Below are positions 18,491-29,059 of a DNA stretch of 64,000 nt, in pieces. The DNA lies in the IMG/VR virus record IMGVR_UViG_2802429139_000001; one strand, written 5' to 3'. Both the position numbers and the translations under genes were made by a program. A model generated the notes under the pieces. That model worked only from the letters and a program-made list of their open reading frames with translations. It was not told where the DNA came from and searched no databases. This DNA comes from a virus. The stretch's first letter is position 1. Each line of letters begins with the position of its first letter.

Positions 18491-19440
18491 TCAAGGCCCC
18501 ATGGCCGCGACCAGTGCCGCGGCTGTACCAGTTGAGCCATTGCACCTCCAGCGGGGGCGTTCTTGTAGCTGATCGGTATCTGTTGCTTCGGCGTGTACGG
18601 CGGGATGACGTGCATGAAGTGGCGGCCATTCATCAGCGGCAACATGTTGGTGTAGTGCGCATCGCGAATCATCAAGTCCTGCTTGTTCAGACTGATGACC
18701 GCGCCACCCTGTACGGCGGTGATCGGCGGGATCGACAGGACCCGAGAGCGGTAGGCGCCACCGGGTTTGCGCGCGTACTTCTTGCCGCGCCAACTGAAGT
18801 CCGGGATCTCCCACTCAGCACGCGTCAGAATCCACTTGTGCCGCATGGGCTGATCGGTCGGGTTCTCGATCTCGATGTACCCCGTCGCGTCGGTGCCGCC
18901 ATCTGAGAACTCGGTGATAACCGGGTTCTCGTACCACATGGGTTGGCCTGCACGCAGTTTCAGAATCAGATTGAGGTACTGTTGCTTGATCGGATCAAGC
19001 TCCGACTCGATGACCGGATTCTCATACATCAACACGTCGAGCATGCGCACGCCCGACTTCTCAGTCTCGACGCCGAGCGTGATCGGCTCGGGGTCGTCGT
19101 CCCACTCATCTTCTTCGTAGGCGAAGATCTTGCGGAAGTCTGATTCGTTCTCTTCCATGGTGCGACCGAGGGTTTCGATGCAATGGAATCCAAGGGTGAG
19201 GTCGCGATGCAGGACCTTCTTGCCCTTCTGCGTCGCGCCATCCTGGAACGCGCCCGCCTTCCAGGTGGTCTTGACCGGGGCGTCATAGATGCCCTGTACC
19301 TGACCCTTGGCATTCCAGACGCCCTCATGGCCTTCGACCTCGCCGTGCGTGTGGAACCGACGGCCGTCCCCGCTAATCCACATCGAAAGGATCTGTGACT
19401 CATATCGATCGGGCTGGATGATGAACGGATTGCTACTCAT
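18487..19440 (-). CDS. Minor tail protein (distal tail-like, 317 aa)
   Basis: Immediately follows tape measure. Confidence 0.7.
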   Translation of the reverse strand: MSSNPFIIQPDRYESQILSMWISGDGRRFHTHGEVEGHEGVWNAKGQVQGIYDAPVKTTWKAGAFQDGATQKGKKVLHRDLTLGFHCIETLGRTMEENESDFRKIFAYEEDEWDDDPEPITLGVETEKSGVRMLDVLMYENPVIESELDPIKQQYLNLILKLRAGQPMWYENPVITEFSDGGTDATGYIEIENPTDQPMRHKWILTRAEWEIPDFSWRGKKYARKPGGAYRSRVLSIPPITAVQGGAVISLNKQDLMIRDAHYTNMLPLMNGRHFMHVIPPYTPKQQIPISYKNAPAGGAMAQLVQPRHWSRPWGLE

Positions 19441-22400
19441 GGCCGCCCCGCGTACCGCATCATCTGGAGCTTCTGCTTGTCGTTGAGCTGACCCATCAAT
19501 TCGTCCACGTCCTTGACGTTGATGTTGTCGACCTTGATGCTGTAGTCGTTGCCCTGCAGCGCGCCTGGCTCAAGCGGCTGCCGCGCGGCAGCGCTGCTCA
19601 CATCGGCCCACTGGCGGCCAGTCAGAACCGGCTCTGGCGACTTCGACAAGTTGATGGCCATGCCACCCGGAGGCAGCATGCCGCCGGAGTCGAAAATCCC
19701 CATCATCTTGAGCCATTCCGGCCCCATGGGTGAGTTCGGGCTCTGCTGCTGCGGCCCCGCTGTGGGCGGGCCATCCATCGTCGGTGGCGGTGCGGCCGGA
19801 CCGGGGCCGGTCTTCGTGCCGAATGGGTTTGAGCCAGCGGGTGGCGGAGGCAGCGGTCCTTGGCCGCCACCCACACCCGGCAGTGCGCCGGGTTGCGGCT
19901 GAGTCTGCGCACCGGGTGCGCCAGAGCCCGGCATCTGACCGGCCTGGACGGGTGCACCCGGCAGCTCGGGGCCAGGTGCCGCGCCAAGGCCCTCGCCATG
20001 TTCCTTGGTACCGGGATCGACCGCGGACTTCTGCGCCTCGGCCTTTTCCAGCGTCGTAGTCGCCGCGCCCTGATTCTGGAGCTGCGGCACAAAGCCCGTG
20101 TAGTCGTAGCCGAGCCAGCGCGGAGCGCCGAATGGGAACAACTGCTCGACAAGCGCGTCCACGCCGATACCGGCCATCTGGAAGCCCCAGCTCACGCCGC
20201 GCTTGGCCGCGTTCGCGCCGAGACCGATGGCCGCTGCCGCGGCCGGACCTGCGGCCTGACCACCAGCGCCGAAGCTGCCGACTGTGGCGGCCGCTGACGC
20301 TGCCGTGGCCGCCGCTGACGCGGCCTGATCGATGAGCCCGTTGACAGCCTCGGCACCCATGTTGAGCAGCCCAGCGGCGAAGCTGGTACCCGCGGTGCCG
20401 GTACCGCCGGCAGCGGCGGGAATGTACCCCTCGGTGCGGTCGGTGCCGCGATCGTTCATGTCACCGGCAGCCAGGGCTTTCACGCCATTTTCGCGGCCAG
20501 TCGGGATGCCGCCATTACCCATGATCTGCGCCATCAGGGCCGACGCATTGGGGGTACCCGTGCCGCCGTTGGCCATGTACTGCTCGGTGAGCTGGCGTCG
20601 CACCTTGGCGGGCAGGGTGAATCGAGTGTTCTTCCGCGGCTTACCGCCACCGATCGACGTAGCGTGCACGTGATCCATGTGGTTGGCGGTCGGGCCGCCG
20701 CGATCGTCCATCCGATTCGACTGACCGTTAGCGCCCGTCCAGTTCTGTTGCCATATAACATCTTCCAGGCCATAGGCACTGGCATTCTCCAGTAGATGCC
20801 GACGGATGTCGTCACCGAGTTGCTTACCCTCGGGTGTACTGGAATCGGGAATCATGATGTCGAGTGCGCGCCCGGACGGGTGGTACGGCATCGAGTCGGA
20901 GCGCATGCCGCCGATCTCCCGAATGCGATCACCGAACAGCATCGAAATGGCGCGGTTGATTAGAATTGTCTTGCTCTGCAAGCCTGCTTCATCCGCTAGG
21001 CCCGGACCTAGGTCGCCGCCGAAGAGGTCTTCCAGGTCAATAGGTCCGCCATCTTTGAACCCCGGAAGCATGCCCTGCGCTGCCGCTCTTCGGAGCTGGA
21101 ACACGCCTCGGTGGCCGCCCATGTTGTCCACGTCGTCAGCGGTGAGCATGTGCTCACCCTGCGACCCCCACATGAGCACGTCGTCGGACTTTCCGCTACC
21201 GGGGCCGTAGACCGCGCCGCCATCCTTCTTCTTCGGAAGCTGCTGCAAGGCACCCGCTACAGACCCCATGGGTCCAGGCAGAATTGCGCCCAGCCCGGTC
21301 ATCTGCGCCTGAATTGTCATGGTGTGGGGCTGGTTGATTTTCTCGATCAGCTCTGCAATTCGGCGCTTCGCGTCGTCGGTCTCTGCGACAACCTTGAAAT
21401 TGCCGTCCTTCATTTTCTGAACGTCGTAACCGAGACTCTTGAGTTTGTTCTGGGTGTCTTCGGTCAACGCGGTGACGACAACCGACTTGCTATCTGGCAC
21501 TTGGACAATGGATGCGCCAAGCTCCTTGAAACGCTTCACGCCTTCTTCGGTTGCACGCCAGGTACCTTCGAGCATGGACTGGAGGTCACGCTGTTTCTGT
21601 GACATATCCCCAATGGAGTTGCGCTGCTCATTGATGTTCTGCGTCATCGTGATAAACGACTCACGTACATCGGGCATGATGTCGATGAAGCCCTGAAGCC
21701 CCTCAACACCCTTTTGATAGTCCTTGTTGATGCTTTTCTGGTTTGACTGATAGTCGCCGAGCTTCTTGTTAACGTCATCCCACGCAGTGCCCTCACGCAG
21801 AAGTGCCTGCGTCAGTTCTTCATTGGTGATACCTGCGTTACGAATATCGATCATCGCGCTTCTGGTTCGCATCCCCTTGTCGCTGATCTGCTCGCCGATG
21901 ATGTCGGCAGCCTTCTTACGGATGTCGTTGTACGCGTTGGGGTCACCAGTTCCCAGGGCTGCGTCGAGAAGTTGTGTGGGATCTAGGCCATAGCTGCGTG
22001 CGCGCTGATCGGTGTTGATCTCCTGAAACTTCGTCGCAACCTGTTCACGCGTCTGCTCAGTGATTCGCCCAGTGGACTTGTCAAGCGTGGCCCGTAACGC
22101 TTCTTCTTCCTGACGCTGTTGCGCAGCCTTGTCGGCAGCCTCTTGGTGCTTCGCGGCCAGAAGCCCCAGCGCGACCGATGCACCGCCAAGTGCCAATCCC
22201 CATGGACCACCGAGCGCGGACATGAGCCCACCTGCTGCGGTGGACAATCCAGCGGTTGCCGCACGTGCTACACCGGCTGTACGCCCGAACCGTTCGGCAC
22301 CATCGACACCCGAGCGGTACGCCTCACCCATGCGACCAAGCACCGAGTACCGCGCCTGCATGGTGGCAAGGGCCGCGTTCATGCCGTTCAACTGGACACC

Positions 22401-23987
22401 CTGCGCGGCCCCGAGACTGCGCTGTAGCTGCATCTCTTCACGGAAACCGCGCATGCCAGTGACAACACCGGGTAGGGTCTGCCGCAGATTGCCCAGCGGG
22501 CCGGGGAGCCGGTCTAGAAGCGTGGGGATAAACCTCCACGCCATCCACGCAACAGCGACCGCAGTCACCAGGGACTCTTGGCCGTCCAATGCGCTCGCGA
22601 CCGTACTCAGCAACGGCGCGACGAATCCGATGACATCTCCGGCGATTTTGAGCGCTTCAACGAACCCGGTCCACGCCGCGCTGCCGAGCGTTTGGAGGAC
22701 TTCCGCTAGCGCCTTGCCGAACTTCTGAATATCCGGCCATGCCTGCTTGACCTCTTTGGTGATGTCCGAGAAGACGCCGCTACTGGTGTCACCCTTGAGG
22801 GCGTCCAACAGATCTCCGAGAGTGCTGTTGGCCCAGTTGCCAACCTGCGCAAGCGGTCCATCAACCACGTCATACAAGGCCAGCTTCGCATCGTCCAGTG
22901 TGTTCTTGAGGCGCTCGAAAACACCTGGCAATCCTTGATTCTGCGCTGCTGCGAGTTGTGCTGCGCCGCCTTGCCGCGTGACCGCTGCATACATTTTGTC
23001 AAATGCTGCGGCGGTAGTGTTCATGCCTGCGATGCGCGCGGCGTCAGACCCAAATAGCTTGTTGGTCGCCCACTGGAAGTCCTGCTGACTCATGCGATTT
23101 GACGCTTGACTCAGTTGATCCATCAGAGATCGAATACCGACGAACCGTTTGTTCTGGTCGTAGAGCGTCAGCCCAAGCTCTTCGATCGCCTGCTGTGCGG
23201 GCTTACTTGAATCGGTGATAGCCAGCAGCGTTGCCTTGAGCATCGTTCCGGCATCCGAGCCAACGATGCCATTGTTCGCGAAGATGCCCAGTGCCGTGGC
23301 GGTGTCTTCCATCGTGAGCCCGAACTGAGCGGCGACCGCACCACCAGCCTGCATGCCATAGGCGAAGTCGGTGATCTCACCGGTGGATGCATTGGCGGTA
23401 TTGGCCAGTACGTCGGCGGCATCCGCGGCACGGCTGGCGTCCAGGTGGAATGTCTGGAGCGTGCGAGCTTGAATCGTCGCGGCGGTCGCCGCGTCTACCT
23501 GCGCAGCCGCCGCGAGCTGCACCGTGCCGCGCGCGGCTTCCATGGCCTGCTTGACGTTCAAGCCGCCCTTGACCAATTCGGTCATCGCTGCGGCGGCACT
23601 CTGCGCCGAAGTGCCCGAAAGGGTTACATCGCGGCCGAGTTCTCTTGCCTTGGCGCTGATCTGCGCCATCTCGGCGGCGCTGGCGCTGGAGACGCCCCGC
23701 ATCGTGTTGAGGTTGCGCTCAAATTCCAGGCCCGACTTGACGGCCGCAGTGAAGCCAGCGGTCACCGACGCCAATCCGCCAGCGATGCCCGCGGTCGCGA
23801 GTCCCTTCTTCATGAAGTCACCGAATGACGCGGAGGCGCCCTGCCCCATATCGCGGCCCATGCGCCGGCCAGCGGCTCCAGCGTCGTTACCGGCAGCATT
23901 CAGCGCGCGGGTGATGCCCTTCTGGAGATCACGTGTCTCCGCGACGAGGGAGACGTAACCTACAGCCAGCTCTACGCCTTTAGCCAA
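19437..23987 (-). CDS. Tape measure protein (1516 aa)
   Basis: Size, Ala/Gly-rich coiled regions, position after chaperones. Confidence 0.9.
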   Translation of the reverse strand: MAKGVELAVGYVSLVAETRDLQKGITRALNAAGNDAGAAGRRMGRDMGQGASASFGDFMKKGLATAGIAGGLASVTAGFTAAVKSGLEFERNLNTMRGVSSASAAEMAQISAKARELGRDVTLSGTSAQSAAAAMTELVKGGLNVKQAMEAARGTVQLAAAAQVDAATAATIQARTLQTFHLDASRAADAADVLANTANASTGEITDFAYGMQAGGAVAAQFGLTMEDTATALGIFANNGIVGSDAGTMLKATLLAITDSSKPAQQAIEELGLTLYDQNKRFVGIRSLMDQLSQASNRMSQQDFQWATNKLFGSDAARIAGMNTTAAAFDKMYAAVTRQGGAAQLAAAQNQGLPGVFERLKNTLDDAKLALYDVVDGPLAQVGNWANSTLGDLLDALKGDTSSGVFSDITKEVKQAWPDIQKFGKALAEVLQTLGSAAWTGFVEALKIAGDVIGFVAPLLSTVASALDGQESLVTAVAVAWMAWRFIPTLLDRLPGPLGNLRQTLPGVVTGMRGFREEMQLQRSLGAAQGVQLNGMNAALATMQARYSVLGRMGEAYRSGVDGAERFGRTAGVARAATAGLSTAAGGLMSALGGPWGLALGGASVALGLLAAKHQEAADKAAQQRQEEEALRATLDKSTGRITEQTREQVATKFQEINTDQRARSYGLDPTQLLDAALGTGDPNAYNDIRKKAADIIGEQISDKGMRTRSAMIDIRNAGITNEELTQALLREGTAWDDVNKKLGDYQSNQKSINKDYQKGVEGLQGFIDIMPDVRESFITMTQNINEQRNSIGDMSQKQRDLQSMLEGTWRATEEGVKRFKELGASIVQVPDSKSVVVTALTEDTQNKLKSLGYDVQKMKDGNFKVVAETDDAKRRIAELIEKINQPHTMTIQAQMTGLGAILPGPMGSVAGALQQLPKKKDGGAVYGPGSGKSDDVLMWGSQGEHMLTADDVDNMGGHRGVFQLRRAAAQGMLPGFKDGGPIDLEDLFGGDLGPGLADEAGLQSKTILINRAISMLFGDRIREIGGMRSDSMPYHPSGRALDIMIPDSSTPEGKQLGDDIRRHLLENASAYGLEDVIWQQNWTGANGQSNRMDDRGGPTANHMDHVHATSIGGGKPRKNTRFTLPAKVRRQLTEQYMANGGTGTPNASALMAQIMGNGGIPTGRENGVKALAAGDMNDRGTDRTEGYIPAAAGGTGTAGTSFAAGLLNMGAEAVNGLIDQAASAAATAASAAATVGSFGAGGQAAGPAAAAAIGLGANAAKRGVSWGFQMAGIGVDALVEQLFPFGAPRWLGYDYTGFVPQLQNQGAATTTLEKAEAQKSAVDPGTKEHGEGLGAAPGPELPGAPVQAGQMPGSGAPGAQTQPQPGALPGVGGGQGPLPPPPAGSNPFGTKTGPGPAAPPPTMDGPPTAGPQQQSPNSPMGPEWLKMMGIFDSGGMLPPGGMAINLSKSPEPVLTGRQWADVSSAAARQPLEPGALQGNDYSIKVDNINVKDVDELMGQLNDKQKLQMMRYAGRP

Positions 23988-24400
23988 CGCTCACTCCTCT
24001 CGGGATCATCTGTGATTTCCTGCCGCGCTTCCTGTCTCGCATCGCGCGGCGACGAGCGATCTCGTCGTCATGCCGCTGCTTGCGCACGGCCATGGGGACA
24101 GTCGGGTCGATCGAAGGGCCCTCATCGCTGGGTCGCTTGACTTGCTTGGGCTTCGCACCACGGCCACCCGCGCGCTGCCAGTTCGCACCCTGGAGCGTGA
24201 AAAGGATGGCGCACAGCAGGTCGACGTTCAGGTCCCATGCCCACGTGCGTGGGTGGCGCGCCCGGAACAGAGCCGATTTGTCGCCCAGGTTCTCCAGGAA
24301 CACGCGAAACTCCTGCCAGGACATCAGCGACGAGCCGATGTCCCGGCGGTGAAGCTGACGATCCAATAGATCGGCTTGGATCGCCTCCCCCCACTCGTCT
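23980..24400 (-). CDS. Tail assembly chaperone T-part, expressed by frameshift from G
   Basis: ORF in -1 frame overlapping end of 24399..24857 with no own RBS. Confidence 0.55.
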
Positions 24401-24857
24401 AGGAGTTCAAGGAGGCGGAAGATTCCCCCAGGTTCACCCCGGGCTCACCGTTGTCGCGCGTCTCGCCATCCTGGCCGACGGGCTTCTGAGATTCCTTGGC
24501 CCAGTGAGCAAGAATCTGGTCAAGCTCACCGACCGTGAGGGTCATCAGCCGGTCGCATAGCGACTCGTCGAGTACGGCGCTGAGCATGGCCCGCGCTGAG
24601 TCTCGGGTGGTCTCGTGCATGGTCCGGCGCGGCACCTCGGTTTCCGGGTTTCCCTCGTCATCGAGAACCGGATTACCCTCGGCATCCAGCACTGGGACGG
24701 GCTCGTCTAGCGCGGTGAGGTTTTCCTTCATCTTCCGGGCTAGGTCTTCATCCATGAAGTTCATGTGCGGCAAGGCGAAAGCCAGCACGGAGCCGTCTTT
24801 CATCGGCACCTCAAATTCGACCTTTGCCTCAGATGCGGGGGTGATACGAAATGCCAT
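24399..24857 (-). CDS. Tail assembly chaperone G
   Basis: Acidic 152-aa protein between major tail and tape measure genes. Confidence 0.7.
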   Translation of the reverse strand: MAFRITPASEAKVEFEVPMKDGSVLAFALPHMNFMDEDLARKMKENLTALDEPVPVLDAEGNPVLDDEGNPETEVPRRTMHETTRDSARAMLSAVLDESLCDRLMTLTVGELDQILAHWAKESQKPVGQDGETRDNGEPGVNLGESSASLNS

Positions 24858-24962
24858 GATGGACCGAACCTTTCAATTCGAGAGATGTTGACCGGACGGC
24901 CCCACCCCGGCAAGGGCGGTCCGGTCCAGAGGTACAACCATTGCCGGGGTGAGACTTTCGAC

Positions 24963-25544
24963 CTAGGAGCCCGAGCCAGTCGCGTCGGGGTCGTCGATCA
25001 GCGAGTAGACGCCGGGGTTACCAGATTCCGGCTTGTACACGTCAATGTTGACCGTGAACTTGACCAGTTGATCGTGGACATACTCGATGTCTTCGATCTC
25101 TACGATCTGGCCTTCTTCGATCACATTGAGCGCGGTCTTCCGTCCGTCGATGTAGCGCTGGATGAACGAGCTGCGGGGCAGCTGAGCATCCGACCATTCG
25201 ACGCGGTACTTGGCGTGCCCACTCGCGTAGCTCACGGTCACGTTGTCGTCACCGAAGACGGTCTTGAGCGTCACAATGTTCTGCTCGTAAATCGTGGCGG
25301 TAACGGTGCATTCGTAGTTGTCCTGGGTCGTCTTGACCGTTGACCCACCGAATGCCTTGTGCTTGGTGGTGTCACGCTTGGGGCTTACCTTGAACCCGTC
25401 GTCACCCATCCAGCCGTGGTCCTTGAATGCAGCGTCAAGCGCATCAAGGGCGTCATCGGGCAGCGGCGTCCCGAGAGGTGCACGGTAGAAGCTACCGCCG
25501 TCCTCGTGGAGAGTTGCCGCCCAAATGTTCTTGGAATTGGCCAT
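24963..25544 (-). CDS. Major tail protein (193 aa)
   Basis: Start trimmed to MANSKNIW; position upstream of chaperones. Confidence 0.65.
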   Translation of the reverse strand: MANSKNIWAATLHEDGGSFYRAPLGTPLPDDALDALDAAFKDHGWMGDDGFKVSPKRDTTKHKAFGGSTVKTTQDNYECTVTATIYEQNIVTLKTVFGDDNVTVSYASGHAKYRVEWSDAQLPRSSFIQRYIDGRKTALNVIEEGQIVEIEDIEYVHDQLVKFTVNIDVYKPESGNPGVYSLIDDPDATGSGS

Positions 25545-25611
25545 AATTGGTCCCCTTCTACTGAGAAGTGGTCGGAACTTGGACCGGACCTGAGGGGGCA
25601 CCCGTTTCGGG

Positions 25612-26034
25612 CTAGTTGGTGGAGATGAGCAGGTCGACCGTGAACTGATAGCGGTCGTGACTCGGTACGTCGGGATCGGGGAATTCCACGGGCCCGTTGT
25701 CATCACCGGCACAACGCACGAATCCGCCAGCGATCGTTTGGCCACTAGCAGCGCGCAACACCCCACGCGCCGCGTTGGCCAGCTTCTCCCCTTCTCCGCT
25801 ATCGTCCCAGCACTCGATCAGCAGATGTGCCTGGTCGGTAACGCGATTAAGCATCCCGCCCGAGTTCAGCCGCGTTACGCGGATGAACCTGCCAGGCAGG
25901 ATGCGATGACCCGTTGCGGTGCCTGGTTTCTTGGAGGAAACGAAGACTCCGGTCAGGCCAGTCTGGGGTAGTCCCGCGGTCAATGCTTGAACCGCAAGCG
26001 CTACAGACGGTTTGGGAACGATCAGCTCAGCCAT
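25612..26034 (-). CDS. Tail terminator / head-tail connector protein
   Basis: Position. Confidence 0.5.
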   Translation of the reverse strand: MAELIVPKPSVALAVQALTAGLPQTGLTGVFVSSKKPGTATGHRILPGRFIRVTRLNSGGMLNRVTDQAHLLIECWDDSGEGEKLANAARGVLRAASGQTIAGGFVRCAGDDNGPVEFPDPDVPSHDRYQFTVDLLISTN

Positions 26035-26308
26035 GGAGCCGCTTCACCAACGTATTGTGTCGAGCGTTGTGCCGAATGGCCTTGAAGTTCGTGGGTATGA
26101 CGGTTGTACGCCAGCGACCTTGAGGGCGCTTGGCACCCTGGATGCTGCTGGTCTTGAATCCGTCCGTGCCCGCCTCAGCGTTGGCACCCGCGGCGATCGC
26201 CGACGCGCGGCGTTCCAGGTCACTTCGCACACCCGACGCACCACGAATTTTGAAGTAGCCGTTCACCTTGTGGACGATGCGAACTCGGCTAGTCGCCATC
26301 GCTCTCAC
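26027..26308 (-). CDS. Head-tail connector protein (basic, 93 aa)
   Basis: Position. Confidence 0.4.
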   Translation of the reverse strand: MRAMATSRVRIVHKVNGYFKIRGASGVRSDLERRASAIAAGANAEAGTDGFKTSSIQGAKRPQGRWRTTVIPTNFKAIRHNARHNTLVKRLHG

Positions 26309-26467
26309 GGTCCTCGATTACGTGCGTCCACTGGTCGCCGTTGAAAATGGCCACCCGAGTCTCGGTGCTAACGACCAGGTTGTTGGTGACCTCTTCGGTC
26401 TCCCACTCGGCCTTGCCGCCTTCGGGGAAGTCGACGTACTCGCCGTTCTTGAGGTAAGCGCGAAACA
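26288..26467 (-). CDS. Small hypothetical protein (59 aa)
   Basis: Below track cutoff; ATGA overlap with upstream stop; GC3-rich. Confidence 0.3.
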
Positions 26468-26932
26468 TCAGGTGACCCTTTCTAGGTCGACAACCTTGCC
26501 GGGTTGCCAGAGGTGAAAGCCATTGGTGTAGTCACGCGGCCAACCCTGAACCTCGTAGCGGGTCCACACGATTCGGTCGGCGTCGAGCGCCTGGAGAATC
26601 CCGGAGCGTCCGGGTCGCACGCCGCGCAGTGAGTTCTTGTCGGGTAGGTCGATGACATCCATCGAGCCGGGGTCGTCCATCGCGTTGCCGTCGATGTCAA
26701 CGAGCACGGGTGGGATGTACAGCTCAACCCGATCGACTGATCGATCCTTGATGTATTCGGGGTCCCCAGCGCCACCAGGGGGCGCGGCCGCCTGGAACCA
26801 AAACAGAATGCCGAGCTGATCCTTCGGTGGCGTCCAGGTGCGAACTGGCGCATTCTCTGCGTTGACCGCGGTCGGGTCGTACCGGTGCAGCGCCCCCAGC
26901 AGGTTGGTGGGGATCGCCGCCACGATCGTCAT
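26468..26932 (-). CDS. Head-tail connector protein
   Basis: Position. Confidence 0.5.
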   Translation of the reverse strand: MTIVAAIPTNLLGALHRYDPTAVNAENAPVRTWTPPKDQLGILFWFQAAAPPGGAGDPEYIKDRSVDRVELYIPPVLVDIDGNAMDDPGSMDVIDLPDKNSLRGVRPGRSGILQALDADRIVWTRYEVQGWPRDYTNGFHLWQPGKVVDLERVT

Positions 26933-27333
26933 TCCGGCGTCACGTCCTCGGTATACGCATCTCGCGCGTCATAGGTCGGGGTGATGGTGAACGCACCACC
27001 GGACTTGATGCCACACAGGGCTTTGAGATCACGGATCTCGTCGGTCTCGAAGCGCCGGCGTCGCGGCTTGGAGGTATCAGAGCTGACCTGGTACGGGCCA
27101 GCCATGATGTTGCTCTGTACGCCACTCCCCGACTCTGCGGCGCGCACGATGACATCAATCAGGATGTCCTTGGCGGCGGCCGCCTTGCCGGGTGGGAATT
27201 CAGCAGAGGAAATACAGGGCGCGAACAGGGCCGCTCGCGCAATCGTGCCAGCGATGAGACGGTCAACCACTTCATCGGGCGCACCCGGTAGATGTGCCTG
27301 AATCTCGCCTCTGGTGATTGCAACGGCGGCCAC
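26929..27333 (-). CDS. Head-to-tail adaptor
   Basis: Position directly after major capsid gene. Confidence 0.55.
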   Translation of the reverse strand: MAAVAITRGEIQAHLPGAPDEVVDRLIAGTIARAALFAPCISSAEFPPGKAAAAKDILIDVIVRAAESGSGVQSNIMAGPYQVSSDTSKPRRRRFETDEIRDLKALCGIKSGGAFTITPTYDARDAYTEDVTPE

Positions 27334-27350
27334 TGTCCGCTCCCCTCTGA

Positions 27351-28244
27351 CTAGCTGCCCGGGGCGGCGTTGGCGCCCGTGATGCGGACGAAGCGGTTCA
27401 CGTCGCGAACGGCGAAGCCGACTTCAAACTCGACACGGACCGCGAACATGTTGCGCTGCCACAGGTTCAGCGTTTCGGCACCGTCAGTCAGGCTCGCCTG
27501 GCTGGAGATGTCGATGGACAGGCCCTCCACGTAGCCCCACATTGCGGTGGACCACTCGCCACCGAAGCCCACAGTGGACGGCGAACCGGCCTTGTAGGCG
27601 TGTGGCGTCTTGGAGACGGGGCGCGCCAGGATCTCGCGCTCAACGCGGCCCTCACGGGTAACCGAGTCGATGAAGATCGGACGGCCCATAGTGTCCTTGG
27701 CACCGAGCGCTGCGATCTCGGCCTGAGAAGTGAGAACCCAGCGCTCTACGTCGGAGCCCTCCACCGCGGCGACCGATTCCAACGCATCGACGTAGCCGTC
27801 ATAAACGTTGGTTGCGATCGAAGCGGTCGGCGCAGCCGCGAGAGTGTCGAATCCGGTACCGGGCGAGGGATCGAACCCCAGGCACGTACGGTCGAACTTC
27901 TTGGCCAGGACACGCGGAAGGCGACTGACAAGGGCGTTGTACAGGCCCGGAAGGTCGCGCTTGAACTGGTTCGAGAACGGGACGATCACGGCAAGCGTGT
28001 AGCCCTTGATGTTCTTGGAACTCAGCGATCCGCGGCTAACCGGCTTCTCGTCGGTCTCATCGACCCACTCGGCCTGGGGATCTCCCGTGATAATCGGGAT
28101 GGACAGGCCACCAGCGGGAAGATCAATCTGCGGCACGAGCTGCTGAATGATCGACGCCTGCTGGACGTTCTGCCAGATCTGCTGGGACACAGCCGGGGGC
28201 AAAAGCACCCCGTTTGTGGTCCGGTTGATGTCCACACCAGCCAT
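27351..28244 (-). CDS. Major capsid protein (HK97-fold like, 297 aa)
   Basis: Size and position after scaffold gene. Confidence 0.8.
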   Translation of the reverse strand: MAGVDINRTTNGVLLPPAVSQQIWQNVQQASIIQQLVPQIDLPAGGLSIPIITGDPQAEWVDETDEKPVSRGSLSSKNIKGYTLAVIVPFSNQFKRDLPGLYNALVSRLPRVLAKKFDRTCLGFDPSPGTGFDTLAAAPTASIATNVYDGYVDALESVAAVEGSDVERWVLTSQAEIAALGAKDTMGRPIFIDSVTREGRVEREILARPVSKTPHAYKAGSPSTVGFGGEWSTAMWGYVEGLSIDISSQASLTDGAETLNLWQRNMFAVRVEFEVGFAVRDVNRFVRITGANAAPGS

Positions 28245-28276
28245 GGGTGTGACCTCCTTTCAAATGAAAGTGGTTG

Positions 28277-28897
28277 CTAAATCACGCCTCTGAGCGCTGC
28301 GGCGAATTGCTCTTCTGGAGTTGCTCCAGCGGCACCACCGCGCCCAAACGCCGGATCGGGGGCTGGCCGTCGCGACTGGCTATTGGTCACCTCGGTGACG
28401 TAGGCAGCGAGCTTGGCCTTTAGGTCCTCGACCTCGGCAGTGATCTCTTCCTCAGAAGTTGCCGTGATCAGTGGCAGCGCGAACGGTGGAATTCCGTCGG
28501 CCAGTTGGTATCTCAGAAGGCGAGCGTCTGCCTCGGCCTTGTCAGCCTCAGCCTTCTCAGCACGAGCCCGATCCTGAGCCGCCTGATCTAGCACGCGCTG
28601 ATCGGGTGTCTTCTCGCTTTCCTTCTTCTGTTGTTCGCGATCGAACGCGGCCTTGTACTCGGCAAAGTGCTGATCATGTTCCTTCGCCTTGGCCGCGTTG
28701 GTCTTTGCGCGAGCCTCGTTCTTACGAGCCTGGTCGCGCCACTGGTCGCGTTCGCCCTCTAGCGTCGCGAGCTGTTCGTCAAACGACGTTTCCAGCTCGT
28801 CGATGCTCTCCCCCGTCGCGTCTGGCTGCTGACCAGCCGCGGTCTCGGCCGCTCCGGGCATCGAGTTGGGCGTGGGGGTTCCGGCTTCTTCTGACAT
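28277..28897 (-). CDS. Scaffolding protein
   Basis: Highly charged Ala/Glu/Lys-rich coiled coil upstream of capsid gene. Confidence 0.8.
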   Translation of the reverse strand: MSEEAGTPTPNSMPGAAETAAGQQPDATGESIDELETSFDEQLATLEGERDQWRDQARKNEARAKTNAAKAKEHDQHFAEYKAAFDREQQKKESEKTPDQRVLDQAAQDRARAEKAEADKAEADARLLRYQLADGIPPFALPLITATSEEEITAEVEDLKAKLAAYVTEVTNSQSRRPAPDPAFGRGGAAGATPEEQFAAALRGVI

Positions 28898-29000
28898 GTG
28901 AGATCTCTCCTGCGTTTCGCATAGAGGGGGCGCCCGTTTCGGGCGATCCGCTCGGGTGTGAGCGGAAGTCTGAGACGCCCAGATCGCTTGTTAAATAGCG

Positions 29001-29032
29001 ATTTTGGGCATGAAAAAGGCCCCTAACTATTT
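29001..29032 (-). terminator. Intrinsic terminator (GGCCCCTAAC...GTTAGGGGCC plus T5 on minus strand)
   Basis: 10-bp stem and U-run after 29060..29428. Confidence 0.65.
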
Positions 29033-29059
29033 GTTAGGGGCCGAACTCTGTTCTAAGAG

